Assembly (NCBI RefSeq): GCF_002945325.1
Contig: NZ_CP026606.1
Coordinates: 1,140,001-1,172,000 of the forward strand
Direction of reading: 5' to 3'
DNA: 32,000 nucleotides
DNA from: Methanococcus maripaludis
GTDB taxonomy: Archaea; AGJL01; Methanococci; Methanococcales; Methanococcaceae
The translations under genes were made by a program, and so were the position numbers. Under the pieces are notes generated by a model. The model saw only the letters and a program-made list of their open reading frames with translations. It was not told the origin of the DNA and made no database searches. How positions within the stretch are numbered: the stretch's first letter is position 1; each line of letters opens with the position of its first letter. This document shows positions 1 through 9,229 of this stretch, piece after piece.

Positions 1-2
1 AT

Positions 3-587
3 TCGGCTGAAACCATTCAAACGTGTCAAAATAAGTATCTTACCTATTTAAAATTAAAAAAAGTATCTCCAAAATCATTTTTAACCTACTCAAAAGACAT
101 TTCTGAAATTTTTGATAAAATCGATAATAATTTTGGATACCCCTGCGTTTTAAAGCCAATTTATGGCGGATACGGGGATGGAGTTTTGAAAGTAACTTCA
201 AAATCTGAGTTTGTTGAAGTTTTTGAAAAAAATGAAAAAAATGAACTTTTTGTTCAGGAATTTGTCCCATATATCCATGACATACGGGTTTTTTTGGTGA
301 ATAATGAAATCATCGGATCGATGGAAAGAATTCCAAAAAATAGTTGGAAAGCAAATTATTCACTTGGTGCAGAAATAAAGGAATTTAAACTATCAAACGA
401 AGTTGAAGACATGGTTTTAGATTCTGTAAAAAAATTGGGTGCCGATATTGTTGGAATTGATGTATTAATTTCAAACGATAAAAATTATATTTTAGAAGCA
501 AACATCACACCGCAGTTTCGGGGAATGATGAATTTTGTAAATGTTCCCGAAAAAATTGCAGATTACTGTATTAATTACCTAAAATAA
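3..587 (+). CDS. RimK-like ATP-grasp ligase, 5'-truncated by window edge
   Basis: Frame is open from base 3 (SAETIQTCQNKYLTYLKLKKVSPKSFLTYSKDISEIFDKIDNNFGYPCVLKPIYGGYGDGVLKVTSK...). ATP-grasp hallmarks PCVLKPIYGGYGDGV, VPYIHDIRVFLVNNEIIGSMER and DVLISNDKNYILEANITPQFRGM. Confidence 0.85.
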   Translation, partial: SAETIQTCQNKYLTYLKLKKVSPKSFLTYSKDISEIFDKIDNNFGYPCVLKPIYGGYGDGVLKVTSKSEFVEVFEKNEKNELFVQEFVPYIHDIRVFLVNNEIIGSMERIPKNSWKANYSLGAEIKEFKLSNEVEDMVLDSVKKLGADIVGIDVLISNDKNYILEANITPQFRGMMNFVNVPEKIADYCINYLK

Positions 588-617
588 ATTTTAAAAAAGT
601 TATTTTTAATTTTTAAA

Positions 618-1283
618 TTATTCCTTGTTTTCGCTTGAAAATACTTTTCTAACTTCATCTAATGAGTCTGTTTTAGCTAAAATTAAAATTCTATCGTACG
701 CTTTTAATTCAGTACTTCCATCAGGGATTTTTAATTCGTTTCCTTCGTAAATCGCGATTATAACATAGTCTTTTGTTCCGCCAAGTTCCCTAATTTTTTT
801 ATCTGCAACTTTTGACGTTGGAGGAATTAGAAGCTCTAAAATCTCTGCATCTCCCCTTCCAACGATTGCAAGGTCTACAACTCCAGGTCTATCAATTAAT
901 TTTTCGATATAATTTGCTGCAACAAGTTCTGGACTGATTACAACTCCAATTCCAAGGCTTTCAAATACGTCCTTGTAATCTGGCTCACTTACTCTTGCGA
1001 TAGTTTTCGAAACGTTGAATTTTTTTGCAATTAATCCGCTGATTAAATTAATTTCTTGATTTCCGGTAACAGCAATAAATATATCGGCATCTTCAATTCC
1101 TGCATTTTCAAGAGACTTTGTTTTGGTACAGTCCCCGTTAATTACCAGAGCATCGATTTCGCCTGCAACTTCTTCACATGTTTTTTTGTTTTGATCCAGT
1201 ATTACTAAATCGTGCCCTTTACCTGAAAGCGACTTTGCAAGTGAAATTCCAACTCTGCCCATTCCTGCAACTATAATATACAT
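618..1283 (-). CDS. trkA: TrkA-family potassium uptake protein (TrkA-N NAD-binding plus TrkA-C)
   Basis: N-terminal Rossmann motif MYIIVAGMGRVGISLAKSL, VINGDCTK, and C-terminal TrkA-C-like domain. Confidence 0.9.
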   Translation of the reverse strand: MYIIVAGMGRVGISLAKSLSGKGHDLVILDQNKKTCEEVAGEIDALVINGDCTKTKSLENAGIEDADIFIAVTGNQEINLISGLIAKKFNVSKTIARVSEPDYKDVFESLGIGVVISPELVAANYIEKLIDRPGVVDLAIVGRGDAEILELLIPPTSKVADKKIRELGGTKDYVIIAIYEGNELKIPDGSTELKAYDRILILAKTDSLDEVRKVFSSENKE

Positions 1284-1298
1284 AAAATTTACCTTTTT

Positions 1299-1853
1299 TT
1301 ACTTTTTTACAATTATTTTTTCGAAATATTCATCATAAGCACCGTGATAATGGGGCAATTCTATAAAAAGTTCTTCTTCCATCTTCAAAAGTTTATCATA
1401 AGTTTTTTTATCTATTTTCCCAATTAATTTATTCGCTATGGCTTTTTTGCAATTGATACTGCAAGGAATAAATCCTGATGGAAGAATAACGGCGTAAGTT
1501 TCTTCATCAAATTCCATATTTTCAATTTCTTTTAAATGTTCAGAATCTATTCCATACCTTGCAGTTTCGGAAAAAGATTTTACACAGCATTCTGGATAAT
1601 CTAAAAGTTCACCAAGTTCTAAATCATCAAGTCTTCGGTATATTCCAAGTTCCGAAGAAACAAATGGATCTATCGCGGGCCTTATTTCAATTTCGTATTT
1701 TTTTACAATTTCAATCTGTTTTTCAAGTCTTTTTAAGATATATTCAAACATATCGTCAGGCATTGACTGAATATGCTTTGAAAGCACCTGAAATTTATCA
1801 GAATCATTATCTCTTAATTCGACTATTTTTTTGTAGAGTCTTTCAATTTCCAT
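1299..1853 (-). CDS. DUF483-like conserved archaeal protein
   Basis: 184 aa starting MEIERLYKK. Conserved-looking motif LDYPECCVKSF plus CSINCKKA. The track start at 1988 is an upstream extension overlapping the next gene. Confidence 0.65.
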   Translation of the reverse strand: MEIERLYKKIVELRDNDSDKFQVLSKHIQSMPDDMFEYILKRLEKQIEIVKKYEIEIRPAIDPFVSSELGIYRRLDDLELGELLDYPECCVKSFSETARYGIDSEHLKEIENMEFDEETYAVILPSGFIPCSINCKKAIANKLIGKIDKKTYDKLLKMEEELFIELPHYHGAYDEYFEKIIVKK

Positions 1854-1935
1854 GGATTTCCCGTTCTTTGAAATTATTTTGTTATATATTATTGTTAGAT
1901 GTATTAAAAAAAGATATTGTTTTAAAATTAACAAA

Positions 1936-2445
1936 TTATTCAAAAACTTTTGACATGCAACCCGCAACAAATCCTGCAACAGCGTCATCTAAAAACATGT
2001 AGCCATCTTTGTCGAGTTTTCCAATTACACCTGGTTTTTTTGCATCGTACCACTTGAAATTAAATGTAGCTTTGGTTCCCGCGATTTCATTTGCAATTGC
2101 CATTCCTATAACTTCATCTGCGTAAACGTAAGTCGGATCGCTATCGTAATCAAAGGGAAGGCCACCATTTCTTCCTCTTTCATCCATAACTATTGCAGAT
2201 ATTAAAAGAGTAGATACATTTGGATTTTTTATCTGTTTTTTCATAATTTCCAAAAATTTAGTTTCTATTTCTTTTTTTTCAGATTCATCGCAGATACACA
2301 TGTACATTCCGCATTTTAGCATATTGTCAAAATTAACGCCCAAATTTGATAAAAGTTTGACAACATCACTTTCCAACATGTTTTTATTCGATGAATTGCA
2401 TTTATTTTTTAAAGATTCAGTCACAATATCACGCCCGGGTACCAT
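1936..2445 (-). CDS. PgpA/CobZ-like phosphatase (phosphatidylglycerophosphatase A / alpha-ribazole phosphatase family)
   Basis: Protein with VYADEVIGMAIANEIAGTKATFNFKWYDAKKPGVIGKLD...FLDDAVAGFVAGC, matching the PgpA family pattern. True start uncertain (ATG 2445, GTG near 2424, or ATG 2379). Confidence 0.65.
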   Translation of the reverse strand: MVPGRDIVTESLKNKCNSSNKNMLESDVVKLLSNLGVNFDNMLKCGMYMCICDESEKKEIETKFLEIMKKQIKNPNVSTLLISAIVMDERGRNGGLPFDYDSDPTYVYADEVIGMAIANEIAGTKATFNFKWYDAKKPGVIGKLDKDGYMFLDDAVAGFVAGCMSKVFE

Positions 2446-3034
2446 GAGTAAAGAAGTTTACGAAATTTTAGAGATTTTTGATGCACTAAAAAGGCATAAA
2501 AATACAATTTACTTAGTTTCGACCATATTTCTGGCAACATTTTTATTTTCTTACGTATTTATTTACTATGACATGTTCCAATTCCGTTATTTCGGAGATT
2601 TGATGTACGAATCATTTAAAATAAAAGTTCAGAGTTTTTCAATAGAAAATAAAGGTCCATTTGAAATAATTGCAATAATTTTGGCAAATAACCTCTTTGT
2701 TGCAGCTTTTACATATATCATTATGTTTTTTGCACTTATAAATATCGCCGTAAATTCATATCTTTTGGCATATGTTTTTTATTTGACGAATCCCTTAGAA
2801 TTTATACTTTTAATCGGGCCTCACGGTATTTTTGAAATTCCAGCACTCATTCTGGCAGCTACATCAGGTCTGGTACTTTCAATGAGTATAATAAAGAAAT
2901 TTAGAAAAGAAAAACATTATGCTGATTATTTTAAAGATTCTTTACGGATTTTTTTAGTTTCTGTATTATTATTTGTAGTTGCGGCATTTGTAGAAGTACT
3001 TGTAACCTACCAAATAGCCCTTAGGATAGCTTAA
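2444..3034 (+). CDS. SpoIIM-like (stage II sporulation protein M family) integral membrane protein
   Basis: 196 aa from ATG 2444 (MSKEVYEILEIFDALKRHK...). Multiple hydrophobic helices and the family-typical GPHGIFEIPALILAATSGL motif. Confidence 0.75.
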   Translation: MSKEVYEILEIFDALKRHKNTIYLVSTIFLATFLFSYVFIYYDMFQFRYFGDLMYESFKIKVQSFSIENKGPFEIIAIILANNLFVAAFTYIIMFFALINIAVNSYLLAYVFYLTNPLEFILLIGPHGIFEIPALILAATSGLVLSMSIIKKFRKEKHYADYFKDSLRIFLVSVLLFVVAAFVEVLVTYQIALRIA

Positions 3035-3113
3035 TAATGTAGAAGAATATATTTTAACTTTAAAAGTTCAACCAGATTTTCGTAATTTTGATTTTTTATT
3101 TAAAGGTGTTTAG

Positions 3114-4730
3114 ATGTTAGAGCCGATATTATATGATATAGGAAGAATTTGCAAGGAAAAACACGAATCAAATTCTTTTTCGACCACTCCAAAAATAATC
3201 GAGTTTGATATAAACGTTCCACCACTAAAAACGCTAAAAATTCCGTTTGATGCACCAAGGGAAGTTGCAGAAGAGCTCGTAAAATTAAATAAATCAGAAT
3301 ATGTAAGAAAAAGCGAATTAAGCTACCAGATAATAAATGCTGGAAAATATGCTGATTTAATCGATATCGAAGAAAATATGGACGTTTATGTGATATCTGA
3401 CCTTCGACAGATAATAAAAAGAAGAGAAATGATTGAAATTATTCCAAAAGTAAGGGAAATGATTTCTCCAAATTCGGGAATATATGTTCCAGGTGCAATG
3501 CCTTCTGAAATTCCATTACTCGTTTATATGGGAGCAGATTATTTTGATTATTCATCTGCAAGCTACTATGCAGCACAGGGTTACAAATTTAGTAAAAACA
3601 GACTTATAAAATCAGAAGAAGATTTTGAAAGTTTAAAAACGTTCAACGAATCTATAATCGATCAGGTTTTAGAAGAAGTAAAATTCTGTATCGAATCAGG
3701 TTCGTTAAGAAATCTCGTAGAGGAAACCACGATTTCAAACCCTTATTTGCGATCAAATTACAGGCGGTTTAAACCTGAACTTACAAATATTCCGATTTCA
3801 AAGTCCAACAAAATAATTGTAACAATTGATGAGACAAAAATTCCAGAAGTTCAAAAATACATCGAAAGGGCAAAAAATTACGAGCCATATACAAATGTAA
3901 TCATACTTTTGCCGTGTTCATCAAAAAAACCATATTCCTATTCAAAAAGCCACCAGTTCTTCATAAATGCAATTAATTCAGTAAGAATGCCTGTAGAAGA
4001 ATTGATTTTAACTTCACCTTACGGCGTAGTTCCAAGAGCACTTGAAAGGCTTGTCGATTACGATATTCCGGTAACTGGGGAATGGAGTGCTGATGAGATT
4101 GGGTTTATAAACAAATATCTGAAAAACTACATCGAAATCGCAAAATCTAAATTTGAAGAAGTAAAGATAATAGCACATCTTCCAGAACACTATCTCGAAA
4201 TTTTGGATATCGATGAAGATTACATAATTTCTTCAGACGGGAATCCAACATCTGACAATTCGTTAAAAAATCTGAAAAATATCTTAAAAGAATTGGATCA
4301 AACAGCTGACTCAAAATCAAAACGTGCACAGAGACTTCACAATTATCAAGAACTTGCAAAATTCCAGCTTGGAAAGAACTTCTTGCCAGAAGATGTAATG
4401 ATAAAAGGAAGGCATGTTAAATTTTTCATAAAAGAAGGCAAAAATACGGTTCAATTGGCATCAATTAATGATAATGGCCTTTTTGTTTTAACTTCACAAG
4501 GTGGGGAACTTCTCGGTAAAACAAACTGGGTAGAAGTTGACTTTAATGTTAAAAAGGGATCATTATTTGCTCCAGGATTTAAAGATGCTGATGAAGCCGT
4601 TTCAGTAAATGACGAAGTAGTTATCGTGAAAGATAATGAAGTTTTAGGTGTTGGACGAGCTTTAATGAGCGGAAAAGAGATGAAAAAAGCAACACATGGT
4701 GTTTTGGTAAATATACGGCATGTTAAATAA
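3114..4730 (+). CDS. arcS: Archaeosine synthase ArcS (TgtA2), TGT-like paralogue with C-terminal PUA domain
   Basis: 538 aa with LLPCSSKKPYSYSKSHQFF, LTSPYGVVPRALE and a C-terminal PUA-like region (GRHVKFFIKEGKNTVQLAS...VVIVKDNEVLGVGRALMSGKEM). Confidence 0.88.
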   Translation: MLEPILYDIGRICKEKHESNSFSTTPKIIEFDINVPPLKTLKIPFDAPREVAEELVKLNKSEYVRKSELSYQIINAGKYADLIDIEENMDVYVISDLRQIIKRREMIEIIPKVREMISPNSGIYVPGAMPSEIPLLVYMGADYFDYSSASYYAAQGYKFSKNRLIKSEEDFESLKTFNESIIDQVLEEVKFCIESGSLRNLVEETTISNPYLRSNYRRFKPELTNIPISKSNKIIVTIDETKIPEVQKYIERAKNYEPYTNVIILLPCSSKKPYSYSKSHQFFINAINSVRMPVEELILTSPYGVVPRALERLVDYDIPVTGEWSADEIGFINKYLKNYIEIAKSKFEEVKIIAHLPEHYLEILDIDEDYIISSDGNPTSDNSLKNLKNILKELDQTADSKSKRAQRLHNYQELAKFQLGKNFLPEDVMIKGRHVKFFIKEGKNTVQLASINDNGLFVLTSQGGELLGKTNWVEVDFNVKKGSLFAPGFKDADEAVSVNDEVVIVKDNEVLGVGRALMSGKEMKKATHGVLVNIRHVK

Positions 4731-4788
4731 TATTTAAAATATTTACAACTCAATAATTTTAAATTTTAATATTCGACCAAGTGAAACT

Positions 4789-5331
4789 ATGGCAGAATAC
4801 AACAAAAAGTTAAAAAAACTCGCGGAACTCATTCTTTTAAAAGATCCTCAATTTGACGAAAGTTCAAAATTAAAGGATGTTTTTAAAAATTATGTGGGAA
4901 TGTATAACGAAATATGTATTTTAGAGGAGACGCTAAAAGATTTGGATCGCGATCTTGTAAATGTTCGTGAAATACAGTTTTTAGATAATGAATTAAGAGC
5001 ATACACTCATAAATTAAACGATCTTGAAACTCATCTTAGAAAATTACATGCACATAAAAAAATTTCAAATTACGACGAGTTGACAAACTGCCTTCACAAG
5101 TTGAAAAATTTAAATATTTCGGTTGATAATTCATTAAAATGGGATATATACAATAGAATGGTCGGACTCGACAGGAAATTACGAGGCATTGAAAGAGAGC
5201 TCGAATTAATAATTTTAAACTACGCTCTTTCAAGAACGGATATCGATAAAAAAATATCCAACTACGAAAAAGATTTATTTGATTTAATTTACGAAGAAAT
5301 TACAAGGTATCTTGAAGAACGTGATGCCTAA
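4789..5331 (+). CDS. Hypothetical coiled-coil protein, 180 aa
   Basis: Open reading frame in tight gene spacing. Charged heptad-like composition (LEETLKDLDRDLVNVREIQFLDNELRAYTHKLNDLETHLRKL). Confidence 0.7.
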   Translation: MAEYNKKLKKLAELILLKDPQFDESSKLKDVFKNYVGMYNEICILEETLKDLDRDLVNVREIQFLDNELRAYTHKLNDLETHLRKLHAHKKISNYDELTNCLHKLKNLNISVDNSLKWDIYNRMVGLDRKLRGIERELELIILNYALSRTDIDKKISNYEKDLFDLIYEEITRYLEERDA

Positions 5332-5342
5332 ATGGTGAGAAA

Positions 5343-6248
5343 ATGACTGATTATGTATCTTATAAAAAGATTATAGCAATGGTTGATGAAGAACTCGGGT
5401 TAACAGAACTTGTAGAGGAACACCCCTGTCCAAGCGGTTCAGAATGGCTGATGTACCAGTACCAAAGAACCTCTCCAGTAATTGTTTCATCATGGAGAAA
5501 TGGAAATAAGCATCATTTCATTTTAAAAAATGGAAAAAATGATCTTAATCTTGTTCCCTCAATTAGTGCAGCAGGAATTGAGGAAGTGTATCTAAAAGAT
5601 GGCAATGTTCACATTGTTTACGCAGGTCTTGCGGGTGCAGGGGTTGGAATTGAACTTAGGAAAAATGCCGAAAATGTAGTTGCTGCTGAATTAATCGAAA
5701 AAGGTGGCGGTTCAAAACTTGGAAGAGGAATGATTCAGACTCCAAAAATGGAAAAAATAACCGTTGGAATAGACGATACGGATACTAAAGAAGAAGGTGC
5801 AACTTGGGTTTTAGCAAATGAGATAGGAAACTTGATCGAAGAATCTAAAATGGGATTTTACATAGATCACACGATAACTCAATTATTCCCTGGAAATCCA
5901 AATAAAACACAAAATTGCGTATCGATTGCACTCACCTTCGCAATTTACCCGGAATACAAATATAAAATTGGAAAAGAAATTGAAAAACTTTTAAAAGAGA
6001 AAACACTTTCAGAAAAAACTGCAATTGCAATTTACCGTGGACTTACTCCTTCACAGAGTATGAAATTGTACACCATGAAAGCTAAACGGGAAATGGTTCC
6101 TATAAACGAGGCCAAAATGGTTGCAATGAGAAACAACATTGAAATTATAGAAGTTACTGGTGACGGCGGAATAATCGGTGCAGTAGCTGCATTAGGCTTA
6201 TCAGAATGCCACAAAACCGCTGCAAAACTACCCGAAACTTATGAATAA
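5343..6248 (+). CDS. Methanogenesis marker protein 11
   Basis: 301 aa with KITVGIDDTDTKEEGATWVLANEIG (GIDDTD motif) and architecture matching the methanogenesis marker 11 family. Confidence 0.85.
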   Translation: MTDYVSYKKIIAMVDEELGLTELVEEHPCPSGSEWLMYQYQRTSPVIVSSWRNGNKHHFILKNGKNDLNLVPSISAAGIEEVYLKDGNVHIVYAGLAGAGVGIELRKNAENVVAAELIEKGGGSKLGRGMIQTPKMEKITVGIDDTDTKEEGATWVLANEIGNLIEESKMGFYIDHTITQLFPGNPNKTQNCVSIALTFAIYPEYKYKIGKEIEKLLKEKTLSEKTAIAIYRGLTPSQSMKLYTMKAKREMVPINEAKMVAMRNNIEIIEVTGDGGIIGAVAALGLSECHKTAAKLPETYE

Positions 6249-6275
6249 TTTATTTAATTTAATTAAGGTGAAATA

Positions 6276-7352
6276 TTGATTACTCCTTGGGATGTTTCAG
6301 ATGATTTGGATTATAAAAAGACGATGGAGCAATTTGGCGTAAATCCAATTTCAGAAATTGTAAAAACGTTGAAAGAACCGCACAACTTTATGAAAAGAGG
6401 GATTGTGTTTGGCCATAGGGATTTTCAAAAAATTGCAGACGCAATGAACAACGGAAAAGATTTTACGGTAGTTTCCGGAATGATGCCCTCTGGAAAAATG
6501 CATTTTGGACATAAAATGGTTGTCGACCAGCTTTTGTACTACCAAAAATATGGTGCAGACATATATATTCCAATTGCCGATTTAGAAGCCTACTGGGCAA
6601 GAGGAATGGATTTTGAAACCACCAAAAAGCTTGCAATAGAAGAATACATTACAAACTATATTGCTTTAGGACTTGATCCAGAAAAAATCCATGTTTATTT
6701 GCAATCAAAAAATGAAACAGTAAAAGACCTTGCAATGCGCCTTTCTAAACGTGTAAATTTCACTGAAATGAAAGGAATTTATGGATTTAGCGGTGAAACA
6801 AATATAGGGCACGTTTTTGCACCTGTTGTTCAGGTTGCAGATATACTCCACCCGCAGCTTGAAAAAAAGGTTCCAGTAGTAGTTCCTGTTGGAATTGACC
6901 AAGATCCACACATAAGACTTACAAGAGACATTGCTGGAAGATATAAAGATTTTAAATTCATTGCACCGTCATCAACCTACCACAGGTTTATAACTGGTCT
7001 TTTGGGCGGAAAAATGAGTTCATCAAAACCTGAAACTGCGATATATCTTTCAGATGAACCAACAAAGTCATTTAAGAAAAAAGTCATGTCATGTAAAACT
7101 GGTGGGCGGGAGACTCTTGAAGAGCAGAAAAAACTTGGTGGAGTTCCTGAAGAGTGTGTAGTATATGAGTTATACACCTACCACTTAATAGAAGACGATA
7201 AAGAACTTAAAAAATTATATGAACAGTGTAAAAGCGGGGAATTAACTTGCGGAACCTGTAAAAAAGAATGCTACCAAAAATTAGTCGAATTTATGACTGA
7301 TTTAAAAGAAAAAAGGGAGCAAGCAAAAGAAGTTGCTGCAAAACTTCTTTAA
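6276..7352 (+). CDS. trpS: Tryptophanyl-tRNA synthetase
   Basis: Class I aaRS: SGMMPSGKMHFGHKMVVDQ (HIGH-like), KMSSSKPETAIYLSD (KMSSS). TTG start preceded by AAGGTG. Confidence 0.95.
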   Translation: MITPWDVSDDLDYKKTMEQFGVNPISEIVKTLKEPHNFMKRGIVFGHRDFQKIADAMNNGKDFTVVSGMMPSGKMHFGHKMVVDQLLYYQKYGADIYIPIADLEAYWARGMDFETTKKLAIEEYITNYIALGLDPEKIHVYLQSKNETVKDLAMRLSKRVNFTEMKGIYGFSGETNIGHVFAPVVQVADILHPQLEKKVPVVVPVGIDQDPHIRLTRDIAGRYKDFKFIAPSSTYHRFITGLLGGKMSSSKPETAIYLSDEPTKSFKKKVMSCKTGGRETLEEQKKLGGVPEECVVYELYTYHLIEDDKELKKLYEQCKSGELTCGTCKKECYQKLVEFMTDLKEKREQAKEVAAKLL

Positions 7353-7385
7353 ATTTTTTATTTTTGAAATTTCATCTTTGGGGTT

Positions 7386-8360
7386 ATGATGATAAAAATT
7401 GTTTACATTACTGAAAATGCCGAAAAACTGGCAAAAGATGTAAAATCGGTTTTTGATTACTATTTTTATGATAACGAAGTTTTTAATATAAAAGATTTTG
7501 AAATAACAGGAAAAGAAACAGGATTTGTTTTTATAATGGCATCGGGAATTGTTTTAAGAAAATATATTCCAGAAATTCAAGATGATAAATTAAAAGACCC
7601 TTTTGTAATTTTAATGGACGAATCAAAAAAATACGTAGTACCGCTTCTTTCAAACCATATCGGCGGTGGAAACTATTTTTCAGATTTAATTGGAAATTCC
7701 TTGAATTTAAACGTTGTAAAAACAACTGCAACAGATGTTAATGGAAAAATTGGAATTGATGAACTCTCAAAAATCTATTTTTTAGAAAATCCGCTTAAAA
7801 AAGATATACTTTTGATAAATAAAAAGGTATTATCTGAAAAACCAGATTTAACTATTCCAAAAGCTTGGAAAGCTTCTAAAAAGTTATTAAATTCTTATAA
7901 TGTATCATTTCACGACGAATTCCACGTTTTAGTTGATGATATCGTTTTAAAACCAAAAACTGTAAGTTTGGGTTTGGGTTCAAGAAGAAATATCGAAAAA
8001 AGCAAGGTTTACTGGGCAGTTAAAAAAGCGCTGTATTTACGAGGTATTCCTGCATGGAGAATTGATGCATTTTCAACAGTATCGGTTAAAAAAGATGAAT
8101 ATGGAATTTTAAAAACTGCTGAAAGATTTGATAAAAATCTCTTTATCTTTGAAATTGATGAAATAAATGAAATTTATTCAAAATATCCATTAAATAAGTC
8201 AGATTTCGTGTTCAAAACAATTGGAACTTATGGGGTTTGTGAGCCTTGTGCAATTCTTGGAATTTCAAAAATTACCCGAGAAAAAGATTTTGACATGAAA
8301 AACCTTGTTTTAAACAAAATGAAAAAAGACGGGGTTTCAGTTTCAATTGCGTTACAGTAG
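7386..8360 (+). CDS. cbiG: Cobalamin biosynthesis protein CbiG
   Basis: GFVFIMASGIVLRKYIP, VVPLLSNHIGGGNYFSDLI, and the C-terminal domain LGLGSRRNIEKSKVYWAVKKAL. Confidence 0.88.
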   Translation: MMIKIVYITENAEKLAKDVKSVFDYYFYDNEVFNIKDFEITGKETGFVFIMASGIVLRKYIPEIQDDKLKDPFVILMDESKKYVVPLLSNHIGGGNYFSDLIGNSLNLNVVKTTATDVNGKIGIDELSKIYFLENPLKKDILLINKKVLSEKPDLTIPKAWKASKKLLNSYNVSFHDEFHVLVDDIVLKPKTVSLGLGSRRNIEKSKVYWAVKKALYLRGIPAWRIDAFSTVSVKKDEYGILKTAERFDKNLFIFEIDEINEIYSKYPLNKSDFVFKTIGTYGVCEPCAILGISKITREKDFDMKNLVLNKMKKDGVSVSIALQ

Positions 8361-9146
8361 TTAAATTTTAATTACATCAAGTATATTTTTTAAACCTTCT
8401 TCTGGCGTAATTACTTGGGCCCGTACTTCTCTTAAAATTCTTTGGATTGTAAATTTCTGCATGCTTTTGTGTTTATGCGCTTTTCTAATTAATTGACATC
8501 CGTAAGACTGGTTTATATTAATTTTAAACTCTTTTAAAATAGTTCTGCTTTCATCCTTTGCCATTGATAAAAACGAAAGGATGTTTAATCGATTAATTCC
8601 TTTATCCACTTTTTTAATTGATAAATGGCCAATTGAAAGCATATCTCCATATATCATATAGGTTATACCGTTTTTTTCAGCGTAATTTAAGATTTCAGCT
8701 TCAACAGTACTGTGGCATCTTCCGCAGGGGTGGTATTTTCCAGATTTAGTATCTTCAAAAATAGGATCTAAATTCACATCGATAAATTCATGTGAGATAT
8801 TTAATGAGTTTGTAAGTTCAAGGATACTCTGTTCAGTTTTTGCATCCATTATATATTTAGAACGCACTGTAACTACACAAATTTCAAAAATTTTGTTTGC
8901 AACAATTATTGATGTAGTACTATCTACGCCCCCACTGAATGCAACAACTGCTTTTTCTTTTTTTAGGTTTTGATTTGTTATATCACTTTTTAAGTATGCC
9001 AAAAATTCATCAAAACCCTTGTTTCTAACTTCGTGAAGTTCCAATAATTTTTCATAAATTTCTTTCGAAATTTCATTTTTTTGATATATTAAATCAAGGG
9101 CTTTTATTGAAGATTCAAGAGCAGTAGTTTTAACTTCCTTATCCAT
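8361..9146 (-). CDS. PP-loop superfamily ATPase (LarE/adenine nucleotide alpha-hydrolase-like), function unknown
   Basis: PP-loop VVAFSGGVDSTTSIIVA. Cysteine motif HPCGRCHS and a third cysteine in SYGCQLIRKAHKH. Confidence 0.75.
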   Translation of the reverse strand: MDKEVKTTALESSIKALDLIYQKNEISKEIYEKLLELHEVRNKGFDEFLAYLKSDITNQNLKKEKAVVAFSGGVDSTTSIIVANKIFEICVVTVRSKYIMDAKTEQSILELTNSLNISHEFIDVNLDPIFEDTKSGKYHPCGRCHSTVEAEILNYAEKNGITYMIYGDMLSIGHLSIKKVDKGINRLNILSFLSMAKDESRTILKEFKININQSYGCQLIRKAHKHKSMQKFTIQRILREVRAQVITPEEGLKNILDVIKI

Positions 9147-9229
9147 GGTTTTTTCCTTTAATTTTACCGTAAAAATAAAATATTTAGATTTATCTTAAAT
9201 TTTTAAAAGAGTAGTATATTTTGAAAAAG

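Noticed and set aside
40-270. 76-aa minus-strand ORF and other frames opposite the ATP-grasp gene
   Set aside because: Antisense to a clearly coding ATP-grasp frame that is open from base 3; low-complexity composition typical of AT-rich shadow frames.
1854-1988. N-terminal extension of the DUF483-like gene
   Set aside because: The extension MTLLQDLLRVACQKFLNNLL... overlaps the neighbouring gene and looks non-coding; MEIERLYKK at 1853 is more plausible.
2300-2443. N-terminal extension of the SpoIIM-like ORF
   Set aside because: Antisense to the PgpA/CobZ-like gene. MSKEVYEI at 2444 gives a standard-length protein.
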